From positions 186,001-250,000 of the forward strand of contig CDROCS010005070.1 of assembly GCA_977020255.1 (NCBI GenBank): a DNA stretch of 64,000 bases. Direction: 5' to 3'. Of the stretch, positions 63,069 to 64,000 are shown in pieces. A program made the position numbers and the translations under genes. Numbering within the stretch: position 1 is the first letter of the stretch; each line of letters starts with the position of its first letter. The notes under the pieces are model-generated. The model was not told the origin of the DNA, did not search any database, and saw only the letters and a program-made list of their open reading frames with translations. Source of the DNA: Obrimoposthia wandeli. Its lineage: Eukaryota.

Positions 63069-64000
63069 TTATCGAGTATTTTTCGTCATTTCATCGTTTA
63101 GATCTCCTTTCACCAACAATTCTTTGATTAGACTCAGTTCTTCATCTTCTGTCTGTTCTTTGATGATTTCTTTGTCTATTTTACCCGTCTTTAGCAAAAT
63201 CGTCAGTAGATTTGCTTCTCCTTTTTGGTCATTGGCTCCATCTTCTTCTGGAATTATGTTTCCTTTTTCATCTACATTTGTCAATCTCGATAAACAATCT
63301 GCGTTGCCATTCGACTTTCCGGTTCTATAACGGATTTCTAGATCGAATTCGGCCAATTTTAGAAACCATCTGTTTAATCTACTCATCTCATCTCTATGTT
63401 TATATAAGAACTGTAGTGGTTTGTGATCTGTATACAGGAATACTTTTTGTCCTAGCAAATAGTGTCTGTACTGTCTACATGAATACACTATGGCTAGACA
63501 TTCCTTTTCGATAACAGAGTATCCTCTTTCGGCTCTGTTTAATCCTCTACTTGCATACTCAATGACGTGTTCTCTTCCTTCGTCATCCTCTTGTCCCAAT
63601 ACTGCTCCTACAGCATAGTTACTTGCATCTGTCATGAGTATGAACTGTCGGTTTATATCTGGAAACGCTAATATCGGTGTTTTTATCAATCTTTCTTTTA
63701 AATGCTCGAACGCTTGTTGGGCTTCTTCTCCCCATATGAACTTCTCATCTTTTCTCGTCAACTTTCTCAATGGTGTTGCTATATCTGAAAAATGTTCAAC
63801 AAATCGTCTATAATAATTCGCAAGACCTAAAAAACTCTGTATCTCCTTAACAGTCTTTGGTGCTAAATGCGCTTTTACTTTCTCGATCTTTGCCGGATCA
63901 GGTCGAATGCCTTCTTTCGATACTATATGTCCTAAAAATGTTACTCGCTCTTTAGCCCATTCGCATTTTGTAGGTTTAACTTTTAATTTAGCGTTTTCCA
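63069..64000 (-). CDS. Gypsy Pol: RT C-terminus/connection and RNase H (5' truncated by window)
   Basis: Open frame from the window end: KCEWAKERVTFLGHIVSKEGIRPDP..SFLGLANYYRRFV..TDASNYAVGAVL..EKECLAIV..YTDHKPL..NADCLSR. Confidence 0.96.
   Translation of the reverse strand, partial: ENAKLKVKPTKCEWAKERVTFLGHIVSKEGIRPDPAKIEKVKAHLAPKTVKEIQSFLGLANYYRRFVEHFSDIATPLRKLTRKDEKFIWGEEAQQAFEHLKERLIKTPILAFPDINRQFILMTDASNYAVGAVLGQEDDEGREHVIEYASRGLNRAERGYSVIEKECLAIVYSCRQYRHYLLGQKVFLYTDHKPLQFLYKHRDEMSRLNRWFLKLAEFDLEIRYRTGKSNGNADCLSRLTNVDEKGNIIPEEDGANDQKGEANLLTILLKTGKIDKEIIKEQTEDEELSLIKELLVKGDLNDEMTKNTR

Larger units (their letters stand above)
52759..64000 (-). mobile_element. Large Ty3/Gypsy LTR retrotransposon with multi-gene cargo (5' part outside window)
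   Basis: RT-RH-IN order (Gypsy), ~6.7 kb of extra ORFs in the same orientation, then a 3' LTR ending ..CCCCAACA. Confidence 0.92.

Noticed and set aside
55021-63514. Plus-strand and alternative-frame ORFs over the Gypsy cargo and pol
   Set aside because: Antisense shadows of long minus-strand ORFs with no recognisable motifs.

Overview
AT-rich invertebrate (metazoan) genomic DNA with very short introns (38-44 nt in the first gene). Two host genes are clear: a Nicalin (NCLN) homolog on the minus strand (1-2634, running off the window) and a three-exon prospero/Prox homeo-prospero gene on the plus strand (43040-47198). Between and around them lie transposon remnants: two decayed Polinton/Maverick pPolB loci (one with an integrase-chromodomain gene and an apparent 42-nt spliceosomal intron), a pogo/Tigger remnant, a near-complete DD37D maT element, a hAT remnant, MITE-like and foldback repeats, and two solo LTRs. 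The most unusual feature is a large Ty3/Gypsy LTR retrotransposon on the minus strand (52759 to beyond 64000). After RT-RNase H-integrase it carries about 6.7 kb of cargo: three Ig/IPT-like repeats, an intact dual-specificity phosphatase, a pseudophosphatase, three signal-peptide/ectodomain/TM units, and three RING-H2 genes. Each RING gene has a splice acceptor within 2 nt of its ATG, and the LTR carries a conserved splice donor. Three single-base homopolymer indels would join Pol and the membrane cargo into one polyprotein of more than 2,400 aa. The layout resembles a complex retrovirus with host-modulating accessory genes. All assignments come from manual motif recognition; no database search was run.
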